A DNA stretch of 64,000 nt from assembly GCA_977016875.1 (NCBI GenBank), contig CDRNST010000370.1, positions 62,001-126,000 of the forward strand, read 5' to 3'. The notes beneath the pieces were generated by a model. The model was given only the letters and a program-made list of their open reading frames with translations, was not told the DNA's origin and made no database searches. Origin of the DNA: Pavona decussata (lineage: Eukaryota). Below are positions 23,120-35,500 of the stretch, piece after piece. Each line of letters starts with the position of its first letter. Positions within the stretch are counted from its first letter, which is position 1. The position numbers were made by a program, and so were the translations under genes.

Positions 23120-23690
23120 AAACACGAGAAAGTGTGATTCATCAGATATCCAAACACTGAGAAGTAGGTTGAAAAAACGACGCGCAGCCAAGTATATTTA
23201 AATGACTTCGAGGTGTTTGGATATCTGATAAAACACGCTTTCACATATTACACATATTGTAGTGATAACGTGGCTATATTGTTGTCTTTTAGCTTTAATA
23301 CTTAATTTTTGTTTATTACTAATTATTGTACCTAATAGCTATTTGTTTCGTTCACAACTGCATATCACAGTCTTAAGTTGTAGTGCCGATGTTGTAGCAT
23401 TATTGTAATTTTTTCATTTTTTGTCTATTACTAATACCCGCCAAGATTAGCTAATGCTATGGACGGGTTGTTTAAATTGTCTTTATATGTTTGTTGAAAA
23501 ATAATTAAAGTAAAGTAAAGTAACTTTCGAGTGTTTGGTATGACTTCTCAAATGATCGATAATTCTTCAAGAAATTCAAGGCCAAAATTGGCAAAAGTTT
23601 ATGGTAATTAGGAACACATATCCAAACCACAGTCACAGTAGTGATTTTCTTTGTTTTCTCTTGATGAATTATTAATGAGTTTGAGAAAGT
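23120..23690. mobile_element. Hairpin-bearing interspersed repeat split by a ~280-bp insert ending in (TAAAG)n
   Basis: An uninterrupted reverse-complement copy lies at ~56380-56630. The insert (~23242-23523) is flanked by CTTTC. Confidence 0.6.
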
Positions 23691-24328
23691 CCATTCCAGA
23701 AAAGTTTCCTATTTGTTGTTACACTTTGGAAAAGAAATTGAACAAAAACATTGCTGCATTGAGGAAAGGTCTAACCGTTTATTCCTCATCATCCAGTCAT
23801 TACCCCCTTTTTCTTTTTCTTTTTTTTTCTTTTTTTTTTCTTTTATCTTTTTTTAAAGCACGGCTAATTCTCCCTTCTTGCAATCCCCGGGGACAAATAA
23901 TCACAAAAGGACTGCATTGTCAAATATGTATCACAGATTTTGAATATATTGGAACTGAGCATTAGGTTTTCTTTTCAATCTTTGGGGTGAAACTGGGTGA
24001 GGTGATTGGAGTCACAAGAATCCTCTTTTTTAATCAATTTAGCGTCCTAAGGCCTTCCGCCAATCGATTCAATCACCTAAAGAAGACTGCAACCGCCATT
24101 TGAAATTAACGGAAATCAGTATCTTACTTCGCAGTCAGATTAATCAACGTATGTCGTAAGTCGGCGAACCGCTGCAAATCATGATCTTGTACCATTTATG
24201 TAGCATGATAAGTTTAACAGGCTAAATATGAATTTCGCTTGGCTAAAGGGAATGCCTGTGGCTACAATATTGAAGTTCATTAGCTTAACACACAACTTCA
24301 GTTCAATTGCAATTAACAGGGTAAATTC

Positions 24329-24851
24329 TAAGCACAGGATCACGTAGAAAAGTTTATAAAATAATTATGTAGTCAAGTTGGCTTGTGCCTGACATCTAAT
24401 TGGCTAAACATTTTTGATTAAACATTGAACTAAAATTACTTGTAGGTTTATGTATCACTCCTTTTTATTAAATAATTATATCGTAGTTATCTCAGTATAT
24501 TCCATAGTGAATGCATTCCCAAACAAGGACTATTTAAAAACATCATTAAGAACAAAACAATAAAGTAGCAGTAAGTAACAAAGATTAAAAATTATAAGCA
24601 CAGGACCACGTAGAAAGGTTATAAATTAATTATGTACCTAAGTTGGCTTGTGCCTGCAACTAATTGTCTAAACATTTCTAATTAAACATTGTACTAAAAT
24701 TACTTGAAGATTGATATATCACTCCTTTCTATTACATAATTATAACGTAGTTATCACAATATATTTCATAGTGGATGAATTCCCAAACAAGGACTATTTA
24801 AAAAATCATTAAGAAAAAAACAATAAAATAGCAGTAAGTAACATAGATTAA
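24329..24851. repeat. Tandem duplication of ~266 bp downstream of gene A
   Basis: TAAGCACAGGA(T/C)CACGTAGAAA...GTAAGTAACA.AGATTAAA starts at both 24329 and 24595. Confidence 0.9.
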
Positions 24852-25028
24852 ATACATAATTGCATGCATGAGATTAATTTTCTTAATTAGAATTATTTAA
24901 CAAAAAACATGGTCGTTTTTGTATTTAATAATCTAAATTTTCAGGATGTAGAGCATTTTCGTACCTAGCGTCTACGATTTTATGGCCAGCGATCAAATTA
25001 TAAAAAGATGATAACCGCGTACCAAGGC

Positions 25029-25290
25029 AGGCTCCGCCCGAAAGGGGTACCTTTCTCACGCTTCAGGTATATGAAAGGGTAGGGATTTCACGAGTCGAAG
25101 TATATGAAAGGGTAGGGAAATCTGTCAGTAAGGTGTATTTAAAAGGGCCTTTCATTAAAGTATTTCGAACACACATACTTATGACTGTACTGTCTTAAAT
25201 TATTGTGAAAGGGGCACTATTTTCCAATGGAAGATATACTAAAGGGGTACCATTTCTCAATGGAAGTTATACGATAGAGGTACCTTTTCT
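25029..25290. repeat. Interspersed repeat with internal AAAGGGGTACC / TATATGAAAGGGTAGGGA subrepeats
   Basis: Repeated motifs are visible. The segment is absent from the homologous region downstream of gene B. Confidence 0.55.
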
Positions 25291-27552
25291 GCAGAGTCAT
25301 TAAGAGGGTAGCCAATAAACGCAAAGAAAAGTATTTTTAATTCTCCAGAAACTTTCCAGGCGACCAAAGTCCAGTCATAGAGTTAAAGGACTCTGGGTAA
25401 GAGATTACGAACGACATCTCGTTGCTGAGGTTTCTTAGCACTATCTTGAACTTAATAACACAGGGTCACTGGTTAGTAACGCAAGCTCCTCATATTTCAA
25501 CTCTGGAACATATGTTGCACATAATAATAATAACAATCTTTTAATAGGATGCTCCATCACAAGAGTGGTTTACATAGAGGTCCTATTACTAGATGTATGT
25601 TATATGATGCAATTAAAATATAAAAAATTTAAGCTAAAATCGAGATATAAAAGCAATTACAACATACACACTGCAAGGATTAAAAACAAATACTTAACTA
25701 TAAAAAGCAGAAAAAAGACACTTCTTAAAAATTGGAAAACTTGCTGAGTTTCTTACAATTCTCTCTAACTCATTAAAGTCTTTGAAACAGTGGTACCGCG
25801 AACGATGTTTTCCCCAATTATATCTAATATCGCAAATTGATGGGGTTAAAACATCAACACTTTAACAAAACGTCACAGTACACGAATGCTCCACTTTTTT
25901 TCTACAATTTTTCCAAAAAGTTGTTTAAAAACTTTTCTAAATGAGGAAAATTTGTGTCATGATCTTGTCGCTTGAGGGGTGAACTGGTGAAATTAATTCG
26001 TCTGAGTAAAAAACCGTATAAGCTTTTTCCTTTTTAAGTATAAGCTTTTTCCTTTTCTGTACCGAAAACGGGTAAAGAACTGTGACGTCATCAATAAATT
26101 ACCGTATCCACCAATCAGCACTTTGCGCCCGAGGTTTTGACGCGGGTATTGGCGATTATCAGACTTCCCTGCAAATTTCCCTTCTCTCGGCGCCTCCGGC
26201 GTCTGAGCGCGCCCGCAAAGCCTGTTCACAGACGTTTATAACAGAGATGTTGATCTCAAATACGCTCTCCAAAAAGGAAAATTCTGAAACACTTTTCTCG
26301 GGCCTTGAAAACGTTTTTTAGAAACGTCCGCTTTCACCAGGATTTCGTTTTTATTTTGGGAAACAGGAAAAAATAAAAAAGAAACACAGCCACTGCCTTT
26401 TCAAAAAAGAAATAATGGCGAATAGGAATAAAACGCGTTATTTAGTAATCTGAGTTCACAATATTCTTTATTCATCATGTGTATACAGCACTAGACGTCT
26501 TAGCCATTAATAGAGTTCATGCCGGGGCATGGGCTCCACTCCTATGCAAGATTGAGGGTGTTCTCTTTCTCGGCTCCAAGCTGAAGACAGTTTATGTATG
26601 CTTAGAACATTAGAGTATAACTATATAGGAAGATGTGAATTCAGACTATTATTATTATTTTATTGTTTTACGTTTTATAACGCGAAGGGCAAAAAAAACC
26701 GAATGCTGATTGGTCGAAACAGAGGGCATTTCTTCTGAATTTTGCTTTCTTCGAGGGTAAAATTATTCACTCCTGATTGGTCGAGCGGCGAAAATACTTG
26801 CTTCTGATTGGCTGAGCACGCCATTTGTACATTGTATGGGTTTCTTCATTTTAATTTTTCCTGCGGCAACAACGACTTCTTTCAAGTTCTTTGGAGTTTG
26901 ACCTTTTAAGCCGTATTCTTTGTGCCAAAAATACTTGGAAATAAAGTGATACAGCTACAAAGGATATTCCTTAAGGTGAACTTTCGTTTCTTACAAAAAA
27001 CAGCAAAACATTATTTGTGTCAAAAGCTTAAAGCTCGGTCGGATTTCCTTGGTTGAAAAACTGAAATCATTCATGGCTGCGACCAAGTGCTTTCACCTCG
27101 CTATGGCTTCTTCCAATGAACGATAACTGAACAATAATAACAGTGCCCTTTTGATGGGTGGAAGGAGCTGTGAGGTCTAAGTGGAAAAAGGTCAAAGTAG
27201 AAGAGATTACTCTGCAAGTTCCTTCTTTGGATCCACGGTTTGCTATTTTTATAGATCTATGTTCGTGTGATTTTCATACGGTAGAAAGCTTCATAGTGCA
27301 GGTGAATCAATCATGCCCAACAATTTGGTTTAGTTGTAGTTAGTTTGTAAATGAATTAAACTTGTATTTTCTCTTAATCACATGTATTAACAATAAACTT
27401 TTCTCGTTTTGTCTGTTTTGTATGCTTAGAAACAGGTGAATAGTTTGTTTGTTTTGCTTACGGCTGAATATTTTTTCTCCGGGCTGGGGCTGACCGTTTT
27501 ACGAAGTGCGTCAATAGTGTTCAGAAAATTTTGCCCTCTTTGTTATAAACAC

Positions 27553-27714
27553 GTAATCGCAATCAGTCCTCGTATAATAAAGGATTAATTTTCACTTGTA
27601 TTTTCAAAGTTTTCGCAAATTGCCCGCGTCGCGCAGCGACGAGGGCAATTTGCGAAAACTTTGAAAATACTAGTGAGTATTAATCCTTAATTCTACTCGG
27701 CCTCTTGCGATTAC
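27553..27714. repeat. Long hairpin ending a probable non-autonomous element (~26660-27720)
   Basis: TATTTTCAAAGTTTTCGCAAATTGCCC / GGGCAATTTGCGAAAACTTTGAAAATA with extended imperfect arms. Confidence 0.75.
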
Positions 27715-29517
27715 ATATACTAACTGATATGGTCGATTGATCACGCAATAAACTTGTGTCAGCGTGTGACTTGCAGAACTCAGACATACGGTCACCTGCA
27801 GTAGGCGTTGTATGATTATCTTTTTGTCGCATGACTTTAATTAGTTCAATCATTGGAGACTTCGCTTTAAAGAAAACACCTACTCATCTCTTTTAAAACA
27901 CGCTTACAATGGTAATTTTTTTAGCACATAAATTTGACGTCGTTTTGAAGCTTTCAGCATTTCGAAAACGGAAATAGCCTGGTTTTGAAGGAAGCAGAAG
28001 AAGAAGTGAGTGAATGAATAAATAATGAATGATGATAAGCTTTAATGAGGATGCAAACTTCACTGTATAAAAACTAGTGAATTACAAAAGGGTCTTCTCT
28101 GAGCTAAAAAAATATTCATCAATGATATTACAGTGCACCATGAACAATTACGCTAACGTCATACCCCAGAGGACATCAATTTGTCGTAATTGGAAATCGT
28201 GTGGGATAATTTGCTAAGCCATCAACTCCTTATTCACCACTTTAGGTGCCAATGTTTATTTCTGGCCTTAAATATTATCAGTTAACTCGATTGATCGACT
28301 TTTCATAGGTAATAGAATTGTTTGGGGGTGAAGGTAACAGCGAAGAGAATTTTGTCTTCCATTTATTTTATTTTCATGGGAATAGTGTTAGTGAAAGCTC
28401 TACCTAATAAATCGAATTTAACTTTTCACGTTAGCTTACGTGAAAATTCTTGCTAACATAAAGAGCCACTACAGTGCCATTTTTTGAAATGCAAATTTAC
28501 GGTTGTAACCTTATTAAACGACAGACCAAGGAGCATCGTTATTAACGCTACGGAATAAAAGAGAGCTAGTACATAGAATATCGTTTTGTTAACATTTTGA
28601 ATCGAAGTGAAACGGAAATGTCGTTTATACCTACCTACAAAGTATCTATGATGATGGTGAATTATTGCCATCATTTCGAGCCTTGCCGTTGCTTCAGAAA
28701 AGATGTTCCTCTGAGCATATTACTTATTAAAGCATGATAGGTGTTTTCCACGAAAATATTAAAATAAAGTAAACATTATGGAGCTTGCCTAGAGATTTCA
28801 AGATAACGTGGCCCTCATTAAAAGCTGGTATTTACATGCTTCTCAGGAAACAGCACTCTGTTTGTTATTTAAAGGCCTCGTTAAGAGAGTCATCTCCAAA
28901 TAATTTGCATATCTCATTTTGCCTTCAGTCTGCTACAGCTCCTACGGTAAATAGATAGCCAAATTTTACGAATAAAACTGAATTTTAAATACGCAGTGCA
29001 TTGAATAGTTTAACTTGCTCACCAGAATCACCTTTTTGAAGAATAACAAATGACGCATTCTGCTATTGAAGAATGTAATGTTTGCTAGGGATGTCAAAAT
29101 TTCAAAAGAATTGTTCACGATATTTAAATGTCGCAACAATTGCATTTTTGGAACTCTCCGCATTTGATGGCACTTTTTGCATAATGAGCGTCCAGCTTAA
29201 TGTCTGTAAAATAATATCAGTATATTTATTCCAAGGTTAGAAAGTCCCCTGTTAAAAAATTTCGCAAATTTATCAATTTCTAGAACCACATTAACATTTG
29301 TAACACCGGAAACAAACTTAAAACATTTCCGCTTTAGGCAAAATAAAACGCACACAGTCGGTGACAAGCAGCTGACCAAACGGCCGATCTTGTAAAACAC
29401 AGGACTTGAAAGAAGATTCTTATGGTTTCGAGCCACCTTTGTGTTCTCATAATCGGTAACTCCAGCTAAACGAAAGCCAACATTGTATGGTTTAGAAGTC
29501 GCGAATGAACGACAAAC

Positions 29518-32500
29518 ATGGAATACTTCGACTTTCGCTTCAACAGTTTGGCTAGCCTACTGCAATTTGCAATCTTCGTGGCTGGTGAGTGTTCATGTAA
29601 TTTTCTTTTTGTTTGTTTCCTTTATGTTCACAAAGTAAAACACAGGACTTGAAAGAACATTCTTAAGCTTTCGATCCACCTTTACGTTCACATAAGTATA
29701 AAAGGTATAACCAGAAAGCGAAAAATAACATTGTTTGGTTGCGAAATTGCGATGGGACGACAAGTCTAGAATTGTTCGACTTTCGACTAAACCGTTGAGC
29801 TAGCCTTGCTTTCCTACTGCAATTTGCAGTTTTTTCGGCTGGTGAGTGATCATCTCATCTTCTATCTGTTTTTCTCCTTTATGTTGATAACCTGATAAAA
29901 TATTTGGCCTGATCTCGCTTTTCCTAGGAGTGGTTTTGTACCAAACCGTCCTCCCATTTTACCTCTAGCTAAGCGGTACAACTTCCAATTCAACCTATCA
30001 TGAATACGCCATAATATAACTGCGTCAAATATTAGCTAAAGAACGACTCATTTGCGTCAGAATTCTTACCGCAGATCAAGGAAAATTTCGCATCCCTAAA
30101 TGAAGATTTAGTTTTCCTTGTACCTAAAATGGATTCAGTGAACAAATTATTATTACTATTATTTTTTATTATAGTTATTATTTATTTATTTATTTTTTTA
30201 TTTTATTTTATTTTTTGTAGTGTGTGGTTATATTTGGAATGCATTTAACTTTAGCAATATGCAAATATAACCATTTAACTAACCCATCGCGAAGAGACAG
30301 TTTTGGCTACGAAACAGCTAAGCCCGGCTGGGTACGAGAATAATGAATTGCTTCATAATTAGCCTACGTATATCAAGTTTGTTTTTCAATACATGCTAAC
30401 AAAGCGTAATTTTATTTTAGAAAATCTGCAGACGATCTTTATTTTGCCATTTTTCTCCCCGACCCACGAAAAAAATAAAAAATATATATATAAAATCGTA
30501 TATCGCAGGATATTTGTTGACTACGGAATTCAAAACGAATATTCAGCGCAAGCACCATGACCATGTTTGGGCAGTGTTACAATACGTTGAGTTATGAACC
30601 TCGAAAAACGCACGCTAAGCAACTCCAGATTCTTTCTAAATGCATAAACCAATTATTTTATAACATAATGACCACAACGTAGTGCACGAGAAACAGGTTT
30701 TATTTGTGATTGATTACCATATTCTCTCAATGTGCTGCATAGAAAACAAGATTCGCATTGGCTGGTTACAAACACGCCGCAATGATAAGGTCTGAACGAG
30801 AACATCTCATCTGTAATTGTCGATGAAAATTTGCTTTTTTCGATTATTTTAAAATCACTGAAAATGTAGACCAATGTCTTTCCAAAGTCTCAGAATGTTT
30901 GAGTTGTCAAATGTTCAAAGTTAATGGCCCGAACTAGGAGACCAAGCGCAGGGAACTTGCTGTTGTCGCCTTCTCTTGAGCGACCACCACCCTGTCAATT
31001 TGAATTCCTCTGGAAAAGCAATAGCGGAAGACTCCGATGAAACAGTCACTAGGCCTCTAAGTCAAGAATACCTTACTGCAATTGCTAAGGTCGCATGTGG
31101 ATGGAAGGTACTGTAATTTACAAAACTTTGATCACTCCTGTGATCGAAGATCGCTTTTTTTGTGTCTCCTGAGGATCCCTGCGTTAGACCACAGAGTTAT
31201 GGCAGTTGCCCTGCTGCTATGGTTACTGTAGAGTTGTGATAAGGATGCTGCTTCCATGATATTGTTATCGTAGAGTCGAACGAGTTCACTCCGACTGGAC
31301 GTACTTTTTACCATACGCTGTCTCCGACACTCCAATTATTTCGTGGCTGTTGGAAAAAAACAAATCTCACTTTGAATTTAACTTCGATAAGTACAACCTC
31401 AAGGCCTTATAGCCATCGTTCGGGTCTACTGCTTCCGGCGTACATTCGGGCGTACTCTTCGTTGCTGGGAACGTCAGAAACTCCACTGGAATGATTTTTT
31501 TTTTGTAGCCTCGTCATGCACCATAGTCACGTAGTTTCAACCAGTTGGTCAACTTCAAACTTGAAAATGGTCACTATGAGCTGTCTCTGTCCCTGCCGAC
31601 TTCAGAATGTCTTCTAGAAAAAAAGAGAACCACGTAGAATCATATATTTCGTAGAAGAGCGACAGGGTTGCTCAGTACAAGAGCCTGTGATGATTTCAGC
31701 CACTCCAAATTTTCATCCTTAGTTGCCGTCTTGTGTTTTAGGGTTTCTTTTCCCCAGCACTTCATGGTAACAACTTGTGCATTCAGTAGTTGTTTGATCT
31801 TTTAAACCTTATTAGGCCGGATAATATCCTAAGGCCTTTAATTTGTTTAATGGCTGTGCATTCAACAGTTACTGTCTTTCCACGGACTGACAGAAGCCGA
31901 GGGGTGTAGATAATCTGTAGACCTCTCTTCATTTATTCCTGGCCTTTGCGTTTAATCCAGGAACGATTGTATCAAGTTACCCAAATTTCATTTGTTGTAG
32001 TGGTGTTCTATTTTCCTCTCCGTGCACGAAACTTAATTCACAGAGAAGAAAAGTAAATACTATTTTAGCTTATAGACAATGCATGAATGTTATTTTTAAC
32101 CGTGTTTGAAGAAATCCCTTAGGTTAAATACAAGTTGTTAAATACTGTCCTTGTTATTGTTGTTGTTCAGTAATCGGTCAAATAGCAGGGGATATTGTTT
32201 CTCCTCGTATTGTTTAGTTTTAATAATTTTATGTTACTGACTCTGTATTTTAAGCAGTTGTAGTTCAAGCTCTGTTAAAATTCTAGATGAGCCGTGCGTG
32301 TGTTAATTAAATATACCATGATGACTCCAATTAGATAGATTAGAAAGGGAATTAAGGGAAGCACGCATTTCCATGGAAGTTCCGGAATACTTTCTGCTTT
32401 TGAAATACCAGTGCCATCAACTGAAAAACTTTATATTTAAGAAATGAAAGTGAATTCTTTTCAAAGTGGAATACGATTGAAGACAGACAAATAGAAAAAA

Positions 32501-35500
32501 ATGGATGTCGAGCGGGGAGAATATTTCTGAAATCTATTCTCTCTGGATTGAGTCGCGTCGCCCATCAGTATCGTTTTGCTAAAAGTGGACATACAATTCC
32601 TTTTCCTTCCCAGACAAAAGATGTATATTCTAGATATCAGTGTTGCCATCAGATACAGTAAAAACCCGCATATAAGAACCTAGAATTTTCGAGGTCAGGC
32701 TGAACAGGTTCTTATATTTTAGGGTAGTTTTTCACAATTCAGGCTGATTAGGTTCTTAATAGGTTCTTATTTTTTAGAGGTTGTCATAGTGTAACCATTG
32801 GCAGAAATCGTCTATAAATCGTCTATATTGAACTGTAGCTTTATGGAAAACATATTTCTAGTGAAACTTCAAAGAAATGTAAATCAAAGAAAACATATCT
32901 TTTTGTCACACAATTAAAATCCAGAATTTTGCCCATCAAAATTGGAGTGATTGTTTTTGTATAAGAACCAATTTCTTTGTCAGGCTGAACAGGTTCTTAT
33001 ATTTTTGGGTATTTAAATGCCAAATTTCAGCCCGTAGGTTCTTATATCATAGGTTCTTATATGCGGGTTTTTACTGTAACACATAACAGCATAACTGATG
33101 GATTTTTAGCAACTTCTGGGATATGTTCCTTGCGTGATTTTTCAGCTTTGTGCCAGTGACTCTTTTTAAATAGTTCTCCCTTCTTTCAAAATCCCTTACA
33201 GCTTCTACGTTAAACAAGGGACTGACAATGTACTGATACCCTGGTTTCCACCCTTGTTGGCATTGTTGGATATAGCTATTAATATTGACAGGATATATAT
33301 GTCATGTCATGTCAATTAGTTCCTGTTTCGAAATCATTAAACTATTACAAATTCCTCTCGAACTTTCGCCTAGTTTTATAATTTATTAGCGCTATCTTTC
33401 GTCTTATGTTTGCATATGTTTTCGAACTATACTGTTTCATCCATTAATCATGGATTGGAGGCTTAAAACTCAGTAAGAAAATGTCAGCATTATTAACGGC
33501 ACTGTGGAATCGTCTAAATATAGAGATTTTACAGGTGTCTGAATCTTCTTGCATTTGATGTACAAAAATCTAAATTTAACTTATTTGAAAACAGTTTACT
33601 TCCCGGTTGCCGACGTAAATCTGTCTCCTCAAAGGTAATTTATGATCTCAAGTTTCCCATAATTATAACCTAACCTAAATCTACCAAAAGACCAAAAAAA
33701 ATCGTACACCGTAAAGATTTTCTGTGCGAACAAAATATTTGCATGTCTCTTTCATATTAAAACATATAATGAAACCTTTATTGACCAAACTTCACCGGAC
33801 ACTGAGTTAATTGGAAATGGGTGTCCAGCTATCTTAACGTCACGCTTGGTCAATAAACCACATATATGACATATATCTTTTCCTTTAAGCCCTTCAAGTT
33901 TGCGATTCTGTCACCTATCACACAAGCTCCGACAAGTGTAAGGGTAATCAAGTGCAACGAAAATGTGCGTCCGGACGTCGCGGGGCGCGAATCAATGCTT
34001 CCGATAGCCTTTTTGCAGTGAAAGAAGCCATCCATGACAGTGAAAGTTACTGGACTGGACTAAGGTAACATTTACTGATCAATCACTTACCTATATAATG
34101 TAAATGCTTTAAATGGTGTAGTTACATTGCCTTGACTTTTAAAAAAAAAACTATAACTGTGAAATGTCTCATCAATATATTTTAAATCCATCTTAAAATA
34201 TGGATAGCGACCTACACTTGGTCATTCCTAGCATGCAGACGGAATCACGAAATTATATCGACACCAAAAACAAAATTACAAATAGACACAGAGGGAATTA
34301 TTTGGACTTCTTTTTAGAACACGCACACGGGTAGGAACACCCTGAAGCAGGACTTCGAGACAATTTCTCCGAAGAAGCTCAATAAAGCATGGAATATCGA
34401 TATTGGGAAGACAAACGGTATAGATAACTATACGAATGCTAACTTGCTATTCCTTGACAAACATATTGATAAATGATAGAACATATTTCTGATTTATTTA
34501 ACGTAACTTATCTAGGTCCTCCGCGTCGTTGATCTTGATGGCTCTAGCTCCTCCTGAGAGTTGTTAAAAATATGTCCCTGTCCATTGTCCATTAACAATA
34601 GTGATACGGCTTTAACTTCTTAGTTTACGGACCTTCCCCAAAAGCTCTTTCCTCTATGACGTACGATTTTCATTGATATAGAGGCTGTGATATTTTTCTT
34701 CCAGTCCCGGTAGAATGCTGGAGAGGTCAGTGCCCCGCAACTTAAACCGGGCCTGAAGCTCCTGCTTCGTTCCATGGGTAGTAAACTGTTCAATTATTGG
34801 TTTTATCCCAGACGATTTCCTGTAAAGGCGGTGAATAACGCCTTTGTATATCCACGTCGAATTTTGTTCCAATTGAAGTGATCAAATCAGGCAAATTATT
34901 GTCCTTGCTTTCGGAACGCCATGGACCTCAATGTTGTACTTTCTGGTGTACTATTCTAAAGACTCTTGCTGCAGTTCAAGGTCTTATACTTTATCCTCCA
35001 GATGGTCGATGTACGGCTCTCCATAATTTGCAAAAATAAACATATATAAATTGAAACATAAAATTTCCGATAAACATTAAAGAAAAAGTGCTGTAAACTG
35101 TAAACCGTAAATTTCGGTTTTAGTACAAGCTCACAGCATTGCTCTAAAAGAAGCCATCTTTAATCTTCTACACGAACACGACGCTTACAAATTAGGTCAA
35201 TTAGCTAATCACGCATTGCACTTGCAGTGCATGCAGATTTACCTGGAAAAACAGATCGACCCTTTCAATCCACGAGTGGGTTTGCTTGGGGAACTTTCAA
35301 TCTATTTCATTACTGCAAAATAAATAAATAAAATGAAAATTTACCTAACCAAATTTTCCCAAGATAAACTCGGTTGGACGGAAAATGGCATTTTCCCTAG
35401 GGAAGCTTCATATTTACCCAGGTAAAGTTCCTCGTGCAACTACAGGTAATATAAAACGCAGCTATTTCAATTAACAACTTTTTGGAAGGTACTCCCATAG

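Noticed and set aside
28960-29300. Penelope-like GIY-YIG remnant upstream of gene B
   Set aside because: Only weak resemblance (NNSFEIL...KLN); too degraded to call without a search.
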